Shown piece by piece: positions 1-10,680 of a stretch of 64,000 nt of DNA. The position numbers and the translations under genes are program-made. The notes beneath the pieces were generated by a model. That model was given only the letters and a program-made list of their open reading frames with translations, had not been told where the DNA came from and searched no databases. The DNA comes from an uncultured delta proteobacterium (GTDB lineage Bacteria; Myxococcota; Myxococcia; Myxococcales; Anaeromyxobacteraceae): the NCBI GenBank assembly GCA_963845515.1, contig CAWJSR010000028.1, forward strand, positions 128,001-192,000, in the 5' to 3' direction. How positions within the stretch are numbered: position 1 is the stretch's first letter; the number at the start of each line of letters is the position of its first letter.

Positions 1-317
1 ACGTCTACGGTGCGCTCGCGGCCCACCAGCCCGACGCGCTGTCGCGGCTCAACAGCTACTTCGACCGGCTCCCAGCGAAGCAGCGGCAGCTCTTCGAGGG
101 AGTCAGGCTCGACGAGGACGGCGAGGTGGACGTCTCCATCGTCCTCATGAACGCGAGCGCCGGCGGCGCGGGGGCCCCCATGGCGAAGGCCCGGTCGCTC
201 GAGGCGCTCGAGAACTTCGTCTCGTTCTCGCTCTTCGAGGTCAAGAACCGCATGCCCAAGGCGGCCGCGGAGGCGCTCCTGCGCGAGGTCGGCCGCATGC
301 AGGTGGGGAAGGCGTGA
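1..317 (+). CDS. C-terminal part of a hypothetical protein (possibly DUF4388-type), truncated by the window edge
   Basis: Frame is open from position 3 (VYGALAAHQPDALSRLNSYF...EALENFVSFSLFEVKN...) to TGA at 317; codon usage is typical of high GC. Confidence 0.55.
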   Translation, partial: VYGALAAHQPDALSRLNSYFDRLPAKQRQLFEGVRLDEDGEVDVSIVLMNASAGGAGAPMAKARSLEALENFVSFSLFEVKNRMPKAAAEALLREVGRMQVGKA

Positions 318-321
318 CGGC

Positions 322-418
322 AGACTTCCCAGTGAGCTTCCCCTCTCCCCACCGGGAGAGAGACTTCCCAGTTGAACTTCCCCTCTCCCCCACCGGCGGA
401 GAGGGCAGGGTGAGGGGG
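322..418. repeat. Tandem duplication plus REP-like palindromic element
   Basis: agacttcccagt...cttcccctctcccc(c)accgg occurs at 322 and 361; the second copy continues as cccctctccc...ggagagggcagggtgagggg; a similar element lies at ~10274-10312. Confidence 0.6.
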
Positions 419-425
419 CAGTACC

Positions 426-1112
426 TTGGACTTCCAGAATCGCATCTGTGCCGCCCTCGACTTCGCGAGCTGGCGCGAGGCGGAGCCCTTCGCTCGGACG
501 ATCGCCCCTCACGTCGGCCTCCTGAAGGTCGGCCTGGAGCTCTTCACCGCCGAGGGGCCGCCTGCGGTTCGCGCCGCCGCGTCTCTCGGCAAGCCGATCT
601 TCCTGGACCTGAAGCTCCACGACATCCCGAACACGGTGGAGGGCGCCGCGCGCAGCGCGGCCGCCACCGGCGCGGCGCTCCTCACGGTCCACGCGAGCGG
701 CGGTCCGGAGATGGTCCGCGCGGCCGTCCGCGGCGGCGGGTGGGAAGGTCCGCATCCTCGCGGTCACCGTGCTCACCAGCCTGGACGCCGCCGCGCTGGA
801 GCGGATCGGCCTCGCCGGTCCGCCTGAGTCGGCGGTCGTGCGGCTGGCGAAGCTGGCCGTCGAGGCCGGGGCGGGTGGGCTCGTCTGCTCGCCCCACGAG
901 GTCGCCGCCGTACGCGCTGCGGTCGGCCCGGGGCCGCTGCTGGTCGTTCCGGGGGTCCGTCCCGCAGGATCGGCCGTCGGTGATCAGGCGCGCGTCGCGA
1001 CGCCCGAGGCGGCCGTACGCGCTGGTGCCGACGTGATCGTGCTCGGCCGCCCCCTCCGCGACGCCCCCGATCCGGCGGCGGCGGCGAAGGCGATCGCCGC
1101 GCCATCGGGTGA
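426..1112 (+). CDS. pyrF: Orotidine 5'-phosphate decarboxylase (frameshifts at ~740 and near the 3' end, probably sequencing errors)
   Basis: [27 protein letters not shown], then [23 protein letters not shown] in the second frame. Confidence 0.93.
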
Positions 1113-1177
1113 GCCGCGCCTGGTCGCCCGCTCGGTGCCGGCGCGGGTGAGCTGGCTCCAGGATCGAGCGCGTGGTG

Positions 1178-2323
1178 TCACAAGAGCGACAGCTGTCGGA
1201 TCGCCGGCTTTCCGTCGAGGAGCACGAAGGGCGCCGCGACCCGCCACGAGACGCCGAGCGCCCCCAGCGCCTCGACGGAGCGGAGCCGCTCATTGCGCCG
1301 GACGCCGGCGATCCGCCTGGCCGACTTCGGCCCGACGCCGGGGACGCGGAGCAGCTCCGACACGGGCGCGGTGTTGACCTCGACCGGGAAGCGCTCTGGG
1401 TGGCAGCGCGCCCAGGCTGACTTCGGATCGAGCTCCAGCGGAAGGGCCCCTGCATCGTCGAAGGAGATCTCGTCCAACGCGAAGCCGTAGCTCCGGAGGA
1501 GGAAGTCGACCTGATACAGCCGGTGCTCCCGCATGAAGGGGACCGGAGCCTGATCCTCCAGCGCGGTCCCCGCCACCGGCTGCAGGGAGGAGTAGTAGAC
1601 GCGTGCCAGCTTGAGCTCCCGGTACGCCCACTCCGCCGCCCCCGCGATCTGGCGGTCGCTCTCTCCCGCCGCGCCCACCACCAGCTGCGTGGTCTGTCCT
1701 GCTCGCGCGAACCGGCCGTCCGCCTCGGCGCGAGCGATCTGACGCATGGGCGCGATGATCTGGCCGTCGAACTGCTTGCTGGGCGCGATCCGCTCGAGGT
1801 GGCCGGCCGTGGGCGCCTCCATGTTCACGGAGAGGCGCGTGGCGAGCGCCATCGCCCGCTCCACCTGGTCGGGGCTCGCTCCCGGGATGACCTTGAGATG
1901 CACATAGCCCCGGAATCGATACCGACCTCGCAGGAGCTCGACGGTCGCGAGCATCCGGTCCATGGTGGCGACCGCTCCCCCACGGATGGCCGACGACAGG
2001 AAGAGGCCGAAGGCCCTGCGCTGACGGTGCAGCTCGACGAAGGTGCGTGCCAGCTCGTCGGGCAGGAGCGTGACGGCCGGTGATTGCCCACCCAGGCGCT
2101 CCACGCAGTACAGGCAGCCCCGCTCGCACCCGGACGCCTGGAGCACCTTGAGCATCGGCACGCGCTCACCGGACGGGAGCGCGGTGGGGTAGATCCAGAG
2201 TCCGTCCGCGCTCCGCTGCCGGGGCGTGGACGGGCCGCACGCGCACGCGAGGTCGTGTCGCGCGGCCTGCGTGAGCGTGGCGAGCCGGGTCTCGAACGAG
2301 GGGGTGACCGTGATCAGGGGCAC
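1178..2323 (-). CDS. Putative DNA modification/repair radical SAM protein with C-terminal helix-hairpin-helix (TIGR03916-like)
   Basis: CERGCLYC motif, [15 protein letters not shown], REHRLYQxDFLLRx[15 protein letters not shown]. Confidence 0.88.
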   Translation of the reverse strand: MPLITVTPSFETRLATLTQAARHDLACACGPSTPRQRSADGLWIYPTALPSGERVPMLKVLQASGCERGCLYCVERLGGQSPAVTLLPDELARTFVELHRQRRAFGLFLSSAIRGGAVATMDRMLATVELLRGRYRFRGYVHLKVIPGASPDQVERAMALATRLSVNMEAPTAGHLERIAPSKQFDGQIIAPMRQIARAEADGRFARAGQTTQLVVGAAGESDRQIAGAAEWAYRELKLARVYYSSLQPVAGTALEDQAPVPFMREHRLYQVDFLLRSYGFALDEISFDDAGALPLELDPKSAWARCHPERFPVEVNTAPVSELLRVPGVGPKSARRIAGVRRNERLRSVEALGALGVSWRVAAPFVLLDGKPAIRQLSLL

Positions 2324-2394
2324 GAGCCACTCTACTGAACGCGCGTGCAGACCTCAAGCCGGAGGCGGCGACCACGGTGGTGGCGATGCGGCGC

Positions 2395-2964
2395 CTACCT
2401 CGCGCTGAGCACCGCCGTCAGGCTGCGCGCGATGACCGGCCCCTGCTCGGCGACGAGCCCCGCGCGCCGGGCCGCGGCCAGCGTCGCCTCGAACTCCGAC
2501 GGCGTCACGTGCCCCCTCGGCTCCGCCACGAGGACCTTCCCGGCCGGCGCCAGCGTCGCCCGGATCTCGGCGAAGAAGCGCTCCGCGGCCGGCAGCTCGT
2601 GCACCATGGCGAAGGCGAGGACGAAGTCGACGGCGCCGCCGAGATCGTCCACTCCGAGCGACCCCGACGACGCGAGGCGCGTCACGATCCGGCCGTCGAG
2701 CCCAGTCCGCGCCGCGCGCCGCCGGAGCCCGGCCAGCATCTGCGGCTGAAGGTCGACCGCGATCACGCGTCCGCCCGGTCCGACTCGCCGCGCGAGCTCC
2801 AGCGTGAAGAAGCCCATCCCGGGCCCCGGCTCGAGCACGGTCATCCCTTCCCTCACGTACGGCGACAGGATCCGGGCCGGGTCCTGGCCCAGCTTGCGGA
2901 TCGGGCTCGCGAGCAGCCACCCGATCCACCAGGGGCAGACGTGGGGCTTCTGGTCCGTGGTCAT
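2395..2964 (-). CDS. Class I SAM-dependent methyltransferase
   Basis: HVCPWW N-terminus, [12 protein letters not shown] motif [12 protein letters not shown]. Confidence 0.85.
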   Translation of the reverse strand: MTTDQKPHVCPWWIGWLLASPIRKLGQDPARILSPYVREGMTVLEPGPGMGFFTLELARRVGPGGRVIAVDLQPQMLAGLRRRAARTGLDGRIVTRLASSGSLGVDDLGGAVDFVLAFAMVHELPAAERFFAEIRATLAPAGKVLVAEPRGHVTPSEFEATLAAARRAGLVAEQGPVIARSLTAVLSAR

Positions 2965-3062
2965 GCGCGAAGCATCGCACCGTCGGATGGCGCGCTCATG
3001 TCCCGTGCTTGAAGAAGTTCGAAGTGAGCACGCGCCGCCGGCCTGGGCGGCGCCGCCTCGCA

Positions 3063-3102
3063 GAGCACTTCGCCCCCGCGAGGGCGGGGGCGAAGGGTGC
3101 TC
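3063..3102. terminator. GC-rich hairpin just downstream of ftsZ
   Basis: Inverted repeat gagcac-ttcgcccccgc / gcgggggcgaa-gg-gtgctc. Confidence 0.5.
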
Positions 3103-3121
3103 CGGAGGCGCAGCGGGACCG

Positions 3122-4334
3122 CTACTCCCCCGCGCCCCGCGGGTTCTTCCGCAGGAACGTGGGGATGTCGTACTGGTCGTCGTCCGCCGGCTTGAACGCC
3201 TGCGTGGCGCGGGCGCCGGCGCGGACCACGGCGGGCGCCGACGGGTTGCGAGAGCCGGATCGGCTGTGGCTCGCGCACCTTGGCCTCGGGGGCCGGGAGC
3301 GGCGGCGGCTGGATCTTGGCCACCGGCGCCGACGCCGGGACCTGGACCTGGATGCTCCGCGGCGGGCGCCGCTCGGAGTCGCGCGGCTGGAAGCCGGTCG
3401 CGATGACGGTGATCTTCACCTCGTCGCCCATCCGCTCGTCGATCACCGAGCCGAAGATGATGTTGGCGTCGGGGTCAGCGGCTGCGTGGGCCATCGAGAC
3501 CGCCTCGTCCACCTCGCGCAGCGACAGGTTCGGGCCGCCGGTGATGTTGACCAGGAGGCCGGTCGCGCCGTCGAGGGTCACGTCCTCGAGGAGCGGGGAC
3601 GAGATGGCGGCCTGCATCGCCTCCAGCGCGCGCCGCTCGCCGTTGGAGCGGCCGGACCCCATGAGCGCCATCCCCTTCTCGGCCATGATCGTCCGGACGT
3701 CGGCGAAGTCGACGTTGACGAGCCCGTGGACGGTGATGAGATCGGCGATGCCCTGGACGGCGTTGAGGAGCACCTCGTCGGCGCGCTTGAACGCGTCGGC
3801 GAGCGACATGTTCTCCCCGGCCACCGAGAGGAGCCGCTGGTTCGGGATGACGATGAGCGTGTCGACCGCCGCGCGCAGGTCGGCGAGCCCCTGCTCGGCC
3901 TGCTTGCGCCGCCGGTTCCCCTCGAAGAGGAAGGGCTTGGTCACGACGCCCACGGTGAGGGCGCCCGACTCCTTGGCCACGTCGGCCACGACGGGGGCGC
4001 CGCCGGTGCCGGTGCCGCCGCCCATGCCGGCGGTGACGAAGACCATGTCGGCGCCGTCGAGCGCCGCCGCGATCTCGTCACGCGCCTCGAGGGCAGCCTG
4101 CCGCCCGACCTCGGGGTTCGCGCCGGCGCCGAGGCCGCGTGAGGCCCCCTTGCCGAGCTGCAGCTTGAGCCCCGCGCGGTTGGCGGCGAGCGCCTGCACG
4201 TCGGTGTTCGCCGCGATGAACTCCACGCCCTCGAGCCGGCCGGCGACCATCGTGTTGACGGCGTTGCCGCCGCCACCGCCGACGCCGATCACCTTGATGC
4301 GCGCCGTGTCGATCTTGTCGGTGAACTCGATCAT
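3122..4334 (-). CDS. ftsZ: Cell division protein FtsZ (frameshift at ~3230 in the linker)
   Basis: [25 protein letters not shown]; the conserved tail [13 protein letters not shown] lies in another frame, ending at TAG 3122. Confidence 0.97.
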
Positions 4335-5565
4335 TTAGAACACCTCCCCCAGCCAGCCCTTCATCCTGTCCTTCACCTTCCGGAAGACGTTCTCCTCGCG
4401 GATCTTGAAGTACGGGCTCCCCTCCTGCTGCTTCGCGCCGTAGTGCACGAGGCCGACGGCGGTGGCGTACATCGGGCTCTTCACGACGTCGACCAGCCCG
4501 CCGATGCCGCGCGGGAGGCCGCGCCGGACCGGGACGCCGAGGACCTCCTCGGCCATCTCGGTCATGCCGGCGAGGAGCGTCGAGCCGCCGGTGATGACCA
4601 CGCCCGAGGCGATCGACTCCTCCAGCCCGGCCTTCTGGATCTCGTGCTGGACCAGCATGAAGATCTCCTCGACCCGCGGCTCGATGATCTCGGCGAGGAT
4701 CTGCCGGGAGAGGACGCGCGGCGCGCTGCCGCCGACGCTGGGCACCTCGATGGTCTCGCTCTTGTCCACCATCGACGCGAGGGCGCAGCCGTAGCTGCTT
4801 CTTGATCCGCTCCGCCTCGTGGGTCGGCGTGCGCAGCCCGACCGCGACGTCGTTGGTCAGGTGGTTGCCGCCGAGCGACAGGACGGCCGTGTGGGCGATC
4901 GCGCCGTTCACGAAGATGGCGATGTCCGTCGTGCCGCCGCCGATGTCGACGAGGCAGACGCCCAGCTCGCGCTCGTCGTCGGAGAGGGTGGCGAGGGAGC
5001 TCGCGAGGGGCTGGAGGACGATGTCGGCTACGTTGAGGCCGGTCCGCTGGGCGCACTTCACGATGTTCTGGGCCGAGGAGACGGCGCCCGTGACGATGAG
5101 CGCCTTGGCCTCGAGCCGGACGCCGCTCATCCCGACCGGCTCGCGCACGCCGTCCTGGTCGTCGACGATGAACTCCTGCGGGAGGACGTGGATGACCTCG
5201 CGGTCGAGCGGGATGGCCACCGCCTTCGCCTGGTCGATGACGCGGTCCACGTCGGACTTCTTGACCTCCTTGTCCTTGATGGCGACCACGCCGTGGGACG
5301 GGAAGGCCTTGATGTGGCCGCCGGCGATGCCGGTGTAGACGGTGGTGATCTCGCACCCCGCCATGTGCTCGGCCTCCTCGATCGCCCGCTTGATCGAGGC
5401 GACGGTGGCGTCGATGTTGACGACCACCCCCTTGCGCAGCCCCTTCGAGGGGTGCGTGCCGATGCCGATGATGTCGATGCCCTCGTCGGTCACCTCCCCG
5501 ACGATGGCGCAGATCTTGGTCGTGCCGATGTCGAGGCCGACCAGGATGTCCCCGTTGTTAGCCAT
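4335..5565 (-). CDS. ftsA: Cell division protein FtsA (frameshift at ~4795)
   Basis: VGLDIGTTKI, VDIGGGTTDI, ITGG, and C-terminal amphipathic helix KGWLGEVF. Confidence 0.96.
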
Positions 5566-5610
5566 GTCCACCACCTCCGGGCGAGTGGCGCGTAGCGCCC
5601 ACGCCCTGCC

Positions 5611-6483
5611 TCAGAGTCCTCTCGGACCCCTTCCGTCCGCCTTCGCCACGGTCGGCCGCCCGCCGGTCGGACCGCGACGCCCCGCCAGCCGCACGGTCAC
5701 CCAGTCCGGGCGCCGCCGATTGTCGAGGTGTATGGCCTCTGCCTTGCTGCCCTCGGCGGCCAGCGCCGCGAGGACCCGCTCCAGCCGCTCGAGCTTCGCC
5801 GGGATCTCGCCCGTGCCAAGCCGCACCTCGATCCCCTCGTCCCCGGCGAAGAGCGTGACGCCCCAGTCCGGATCGACGTGGATCTCCGAGAGCACGGCGC
5901 GCTGGGCGAGCCCGCGCTCGCTCCAGCGGTCCGCCAGCGCCAGCGCGCCTGCGAGCAGGGGCTCCAGCTCACCCTGGCGCTCCATGAACTCCTCGCGCGC
6001 GATTCCGGTGACGAGCGGCAGGTCGAGGCCGTCCCCTGGCGTGGCACGCTTGAACACCCGGCCGTGCACGTCGAGCAGGTAGAGACCGTCGAGGTCGACC
6101 AGCGCCGCGGCGCGCCGCTCCGTGACGGTGACCACGAGCGCCGGTGGAAGTGCGCGGCGAACATCCACCGTGGCTATCCACGGGTGGCGCCGCAGCGTAG
6201 CCGCGAGCGCGTCGACGTCGGCCAGGAGGAGGTGATCCCCGGCGCCCACCGGCGAGAGCTCGCGCAGCTCCTCCTGGGAGATCCGCGAGAGCCCCTCGAA
6301 CCGGACCTCGCGCACGCGGAGGAGGTTTCCCTTCCAGGCGATGGACCAGCCGGCCCAGCCGAGCAGCGCGATGGCCGCCACGGCGCCGACGCTCGGGACG
6401 GCGAGCGCGAGGGCGCGACGGAGCTTCGCGCGCCCCGCGGCCGGATCCCTGTCGATCTTTCGCCTGTTCTGTCCCCGCGCCAC
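5611..6483 (-). CDS. ftsQ: Cell division protein FtsQ/DivIB
   Basis: N-terminal TM helix, POTRA segment (HPWIATVDVRRALP), position directly upstream of ftsA. Confidence 0.9.
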   Translation of the reverse strand: MARGQNRRKIDRDPAAGRAKLRRALALAVPSVGAVAAIALLGWAGWSIAWKGNLLRVREVRFEGLSRISQEELRELSPVGAGDHLLLADVDALAATLRRHPWIATVDVRRALPPALVVTVTERRAAALVDLDGLYLLDVHGRVFKRATPGDGLDLPLVTGIAREEFMERQGELEPLLAGALALADRWSERGLAQRAVLSEIHVDPDWGVTLFAGDEGIEVRLGTGEIPAKLERLERVLAALAAEGSKAEAIHLDNRRRPDWVTVRLAGRRGPTGGRPTVAKADGRGPRGL

Positions 6484-6787
6484 CGCCCACTCCGACCCCG
6501 TCCGGCCGCCATCCCCCTCGGGCGCTTCCGGACGCTATCACCCGATGGTGGAGGATGCCTCAGGGCGCCACCGTCGCAAGTTTTCGGCGTGGTTTGCCGG
6601 CTGGCGGTGTGGGTGCACGGCGCCTCGTGTCCCACATCCTCCCCGTGAATTTCGCTTCACCCGTGCCGTCGAGGGAGAGCGCCAGCGCCGGTCGAAGAGC
6701 GGAGAGCAGCTCTTGGGGCGGCAGCGATATCGACCGACCGCGAAACTTGGGTTACACACGGACGACTCGAACCGGGAGCTACGGAGC

Positions 6788-7129
6788 ATGCGAAAGCCCT
6801 TCCTCGTCATCGTCCCCACCGCGGCACTCTTCGTAGCGGCGAGCGCCGCGGCGGCAGAGAGCCGCTTTGCGGCGGTCCCGAACGATCAGGCCGTCTCCAC
6901 GCACGGTCCGTACGAGGCCGGCGCCTGCGATACGTGCCACGAGCGCGCGAACGCGAAGGATCCGGGGAAGGCGCTGAAGGTCACCAACGACCTCTGCTTC
7001 GACTGCCACGACGACTTCAAGAGCAGCGCGGCCGTGAAGCTCGAGAAGATGAAGCATCCTGGCGGCAGCGTCGCTTGCACCAAGTGCCACAACCCGCACA
7101 ACTCCAGGAAACGGAAGCTCCTTCTCTGA
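6788..7129 (+). CDS. Small secreted triheme cytochrome c
   Basis: Signal peptide MRKPFLVIVP..AAA; CDTCH, CFDCH, CTKCHNPH. Confidence 0.88.
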   Translation: MRKPFLVIVPTAALFVAASAAAAESRFAAVPNDQAVSTHGPYEAGACDTCHERANAKDPGKALKVTNDLCFDCHDDFKSSAAVKLEKMKHPGGSVACTKCHNPHNSRKRKLLL

Positions 7130-7233
7130 GATCCATGTCGTGGCCGGACGGTGCTGGCAGGAAGTCATGTTGCGCGACGCGATGTCGCATTTGTACACAC
7201 CAGCGTCGTAGGGTACGTATTTGTGCGAAGCAC

Positions 7234-7247
7234 GTGATCGGGGTCAA
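7234..7247 (+). promoter_or_regulatory. Possible FNR/CRP-family site upstream of the decaheme cytochrome
   Basis: GTGAT-CGGG-GTCAA matches TTGAT-N4-ATCAA at 8 of 10 positions. Confidence 0.3.
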
Positions 7248-7342
7248 GGTCGCAGCCCCCCCATTCGACCTTAGATCTCGCAACGCGAGCCTCTTGTGAG
7301 GGGATAGCTCGCGCGGGCGGCACCCCTCGGAGCGGAATCGAA

Positions 7343-8428
7343 ATGAACATGCGGCGCTCGAACCTCGCGGGTCTCCTGATCTTCACCGCCATACTCGCCG
7401 TCGTGCCCTCGCCTTCGCGCGCGGCCGTGAAGACGGAGGTGCGAAAGACCGCACTGCGCCGCGGTGTCAACGTCGCGCCGCTTCCGGCGAGCGAGGGGGT
7501 CAAGTTCTCCCACGCTCCGTTCGAGGGCGGCGACTGCGCAGTCTGCCACGAGCGGAACGACGTCAAGAGCCCGGGCCCCATCCGTCACGCCAGCGTCAAC
7601 GAGCAGTGCTACGAGTGCCACGAGGACACGCGCGAAGTCATGGCGCGCCGGTTCAAGCACGTCCCCGCGGTCGAGGCCTGCACCGACTGCCACAACCCGC
7701 ACAACTCCGTTGAGCGCGGCCTGCTGGCCACCGAGATGGTGACCCTCTGCCTCAGCTGTCACCAGGGCATCAAGGATCAGGTGACCAAGGGGGCGGTCAA
7801 GCACGAGGCCGCGATGTCGAAGGACAAGAAGTGCTCCAACTGCCACAACCCGCACGCGGCCAACATCGAGAAGCTCCTCATCCAGCTCCCGTTCGATCTC
7901 TGCGTCACCTGCCACTCGAAGGACGGCATGGTGAGCGCGGACGGCAAGCCGATGACGAACTACAAGAAGTGGCTCGCCGACAACAAGGAGTGGCACGCGC
8001 CGGTGAAGGCGAAGGACTGCTCCGCGTGCCACCGCACGCATGCGGGCGACAACTTCCGCCTCCTGGTGTCCGCCTACCCCGAGAAGTTCTACGCACCGTA
8101 CGAGACGAAGATCTACGCCCTCTGCTACGGCTGCCACAACAGCAAGGTCGTGAGCGAGCCCGAGACCACGACGCTCACGGGCTTCCGCGACGGCTCCAAG
8201 AACCTGCACTTCGTCCACGTGAACAAGGAGCGCGGCCGCACCTGCCGCGCCTGCCACGAGGTCCACGCGTCGAAGCAGGACCACCACATCCGCGACGGCG
8301 TCCCGTACGGCCCCAAGGGCTGGATGCTCAAGATCAACTACACGAAGCTCCCGACCGGCGGCTCGTGCGCCAAGACCTGCCACGAGACGAAGCCGTACAA
8401 CAACAAGTCTCTGACGGCCGGCCAGTAG
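7343..8428 (+). CDS. Secreted decaheme cytochrome c (doubled-CXXCH / cytochrome c3-like)
   Basis: Signal peptide; 9 CXXCH motifs plus one CX3CH (CAKTCH); repeated CHNPH. Confidence 0.92.
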   Translation: MNMRRSNLAGLLIFTAILAVVPSPSRAAVKTEVRKTALRRGVNVAPLPASEGVKFSHAPFEGGDCAVCHERNDVKSPGPIRHASVNEQCYECHEDTREVMARRFKHVPAVEACTDCHNPHNSVERGLLATEMVTLCLSCHQGIKDQVTKGAVKHEAAMSKDKKCSNCHNPHAANIEKLLIQLPFDLCVTCHSKDGMVSADGKPMTNYKKWLADNKEWHAPVKAKDCSACHRTHAGDNFRLLVSAYPEKFYAPYETKIYALCYGCHNSKVVSEPETTTLTGFRDGSKNLHFVHVNKERGRTCRACHEVHASKQDHHIRDGVPYGPKGWMLKINYTKLPTGGSCAKTCHETKPYNNKSLTAGQ

Positions 8429-8487
8429 CACGGACCCCTTGAAGATGTCGGGTCGCTGAAGCGTCGGGAGGGGGACAAGGACTTCCC

Positions 8488-9315
8488 GTGCTCAACTACT
8501 GCTCACGCACCGTCTCACTCGCCGTCGTCACGCTAGGCCTCGCCGCCCTCCTGCCGGCGCGCGCCGCGGCTGCCGGCGAGCTGGGGGACGTCATCGAGAA
8601 CGTCGAGCTGAATACGCTCGACGGAGTGAAGGTCGCCATCGCGTCGAAGAAGGCGCTGGCGAACGTCATCGTCTTCTTCCGCACCGGGCAGGAGTTCTCC
8701 GAGGACGCCCTCAAGGCCATGTCCGAGTGCGAGAAGGAGTTCGCCGCCAAGCCGGTCAACTGGGTGGGGGTCGTCTCCGACGCGGAGCCGGTCGATGCCG
8801 TGAGGCGGCTCGTCGCGGCGGCCGGCATCCGGATGCCAGTCCTGGTCGACGGGGCGGATGCGTTCTACGGTCGCATGGAGGTCCGGCTCCACCCCTACAC
8901 GGTCATCCTGGACAAGGACCGGCGGGTCGCGGTGCGGGAGCCCTTCCACAAGATCGGCTACTGCGACCGGATCCGGGCGCAGGTCCGGTTCGTCCTCAAG
9001 GAGATCGACGCCGAGGAGGTCGCGAAGCTGGAGAACCCCGAGAAGGGGACCTTCCGCGTGCCGGGCGGCGTGGCCAAGCGCCACCTCAACTACGGACGCC
9101 TGCTGCTCGAGCAGAAGAAGTGGGAGAAGGCGCTGGAGCAGGCCGAGAAGGCGCTCGCCGCGGAGGGGCCGCTGGCGGCGGCGCAGACGCTCAAGGGCAG
9201 CGCGCTGGTGGGGCTCGGCAGGTGCGCCGAGGCGGTCGCAGCATTCGACGCGGCGCTCGAGCTGGACCCGGGCGAGGAAGCAGCGAAGGTGGGCCGGAAG
9301 ACCTGCGGGAAGTAG
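8488..9315 (+). CDS. Secreted redoxin (TlpA/AhpC-like fold, no CxxC) plus TPR protein, paralog 1
   Basis: Signal peptide, ELNTLDG, IVFFR, MPVLVD, LHPYT cis-Pro region, C-terminal TPRs. Confidence 0.72.
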   Translation: MLNYCSRTVSLAVVTLGLAALLPARAAAAGELGDVIENVELNTLDGVKVAIASKKALANVIVFFRTGQEFSEDALKAMSECEKEFAAKPVNWVGVVSDAEPVDAVRRLVAAAGIRMPVLVDGADAFYGRMEVRLHPYTVILDKDRRVAVREPFHKIGYCDRIRAQVRFVLKEIDAEEVAKLENPEKGTFRVPGGVAKRHLNYGRLLLEQKKWEKALEQAEKALAAEGPLAAAQTLKGSALVGLGRCAEAVAAFDAALELDPGEEAAKVGRKTCGK

Positions 9316-9416
9316 ACGCCGCGCACCTGGGCGGCAGCCGAGGACAGGGTCGTGTCCCGCAGTGACAACAGGTTTTCCACCGCTACGTTGGCGGTGCTGC
9401 CATCATCGGGGACGAC

Positions 9417-10247
9417 ATGTACACTCCCAGTCGCTTCACCCTGCTCGCCCTGCCGCTCGTCTGTCTGGTCGCGCTGTCGCCCGAGTGGGTGGACGCCCGC
9501 GCAGAGCCTGGGACGCTCGTCGAGAACGTCGAGCTGAGGACGCTCGACGGTGGCAGGGAGAAGCTCCTCTCGAACAAGGTGAAGGCGAACATCTTCGTCT
9601 TCTTCCGGCCGAACAACGATCGCTCGCTGGACGCGCTCAAGCAGATGGCCGGCTGCGAGAAGGAGCTCAGCGGGAAGCCCGTTCGCTGGGTGGCGATCGT
9701 CTCCTCCTCGGAGAACCCCGAGGAGGTGAAGCCGATGGTCGTCGAGTCGGGGATCAAGATGCCGGTGCTCATCGACGACGGCGACTTCCTCTACGACAAG
9801 CTCGGCATCCGGCTCCACCCGATGGTCGGCATCGTCGACGCCAAGTTCAAGATCATCGCGATGGAGCAGTACCGGCAGATCGAGTACTGCGACCTCATAA
9901 AGGCGAAGATCAAGGTCGTTCTCGGCGAGATGACCGAGGCGGACGTGGCCAGGATCGAGAACCCCGAGAAGGCGGCCATGCCTGGAGACGATCCGATGAA
10001 GAAGGCGCTGCGCGACGTGAACATGGCGCGCCGCCTCTTCGAGATCGGTCAGTTCCAGAAGGCGATCGAGCGGGCGCAGAAGGCGCTCACCATCGCGCCG
10101 GTCGCCAAGGGCTTCTCGCTCCAGGCCGTGTCGATGGCCAAGCTGAACAGGTGCGGCGAGGCGCTGCCGCTCGCCGACCAGGCGCTGCAGCTGGACGCCT
10201 CGGACGCCTGGGCTGCCGAGGCAAAGGCGGCCTGCGCAGGGAAGTAG
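9417..10247 (+). CDS. Secreted redoxin (no CxxC) plus TPR protein, paralog 2
   Basis: Aligns end to end with 8488-9315 (ENVEL.TLDG, FFR, CEKE, MPVL.D, RLHP, YCD, ENPEK, terminal C..K). Confidence 0.72.
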   Translation: MYTPSRFTLLALPLVCLVALSPEWVDARAEPGTLVENVELRTLDGGREKLLSNKVKANIFVFFRPNNDRSLDALKQMAGCEKELSGKPVRWVAIVSSSENPEEVKPMVVESGIKMPVLIDDGDFLYDKLGIRLHPMVGIVDAKFKIIAMEQYRQIEYCDLIKAKIKVVLGEMTEADVARIENPEKAAMPGDDPMKKALRDVNMARRLFEIGQFQKAIERAQKALTIAPVAKGFSLQAVSMAKLNRCGEALPLADQALQLDASDAWAAEAKAACAGK

Positions 10248-10273
10248 GCGCGGGCGCGCGCCTTGGGGAAGCA

Positions 10274-10312
10274 CCTCTCGCCCGCCCCCGCGGGGAGAGG
10301 CTGGGTGAGGGG
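10274..10312. repeat. REP-like palindromic element
   Basis: cctctcgcccgcccccgcggggagaggctgggtgagggg resembles the element at ~380-418. Confidence 0.5.
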
Positions 10313-10464
10313 GCGTCGTACCGTCGCAGAGCGAGCCATCTGGTGGGTGTGCTGCTCGCTCGTCGTGCGCCCGACCTCGGCGCGAGCCTGGCGCCCCGCA
10401 GGATCGCTGCGCCAGGCCCTCACCGGGAACGCACGCGGCGGCGGGTGGGGTATGCTTCTCCCGC

Positions 10465-10680
10465 ATGCCTTCCGTAGGTGAGACCCTTCGACGCGCGACG
10501 CTGGAAGCCGACCTCGCGCTCGGCCCCGAGGACAGGGTCCTCCTGGCGCTGCGGCTCGCCGACTCCGACGTGGAGCTGGCCGCCGCCGCCAGCGGTCGCA
10601 CTCCGGAGGAGGTGCAGGCCCAGCTGGTCCGGCAGCGCCAGGCCGGTCGGCGCCCCTCCGGCTGCGCCAGGGAGCGGTGA
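10465..10680 (+). CDS. Small protein, probable partner/antitoxin of the downstream nucleotidyltransferase
   Basis: 71 aa, LGPEDRVLLALRL; stop overlaps the next start (GTGATG). Confidence 0.55.
   Translation: MPSVGETLRRATLEADLALGPEDRVLLALRLADSDVELAAAASGRTPEEVQAQLVRQRQAGRRPSGCARER

Noticed and set aside
2961..3230. FtsZ with a novel extended C-terminus (457-aa ORF)
   Set aside because: The canonical DIPTFLRK tail is present in another frame ending at 3122
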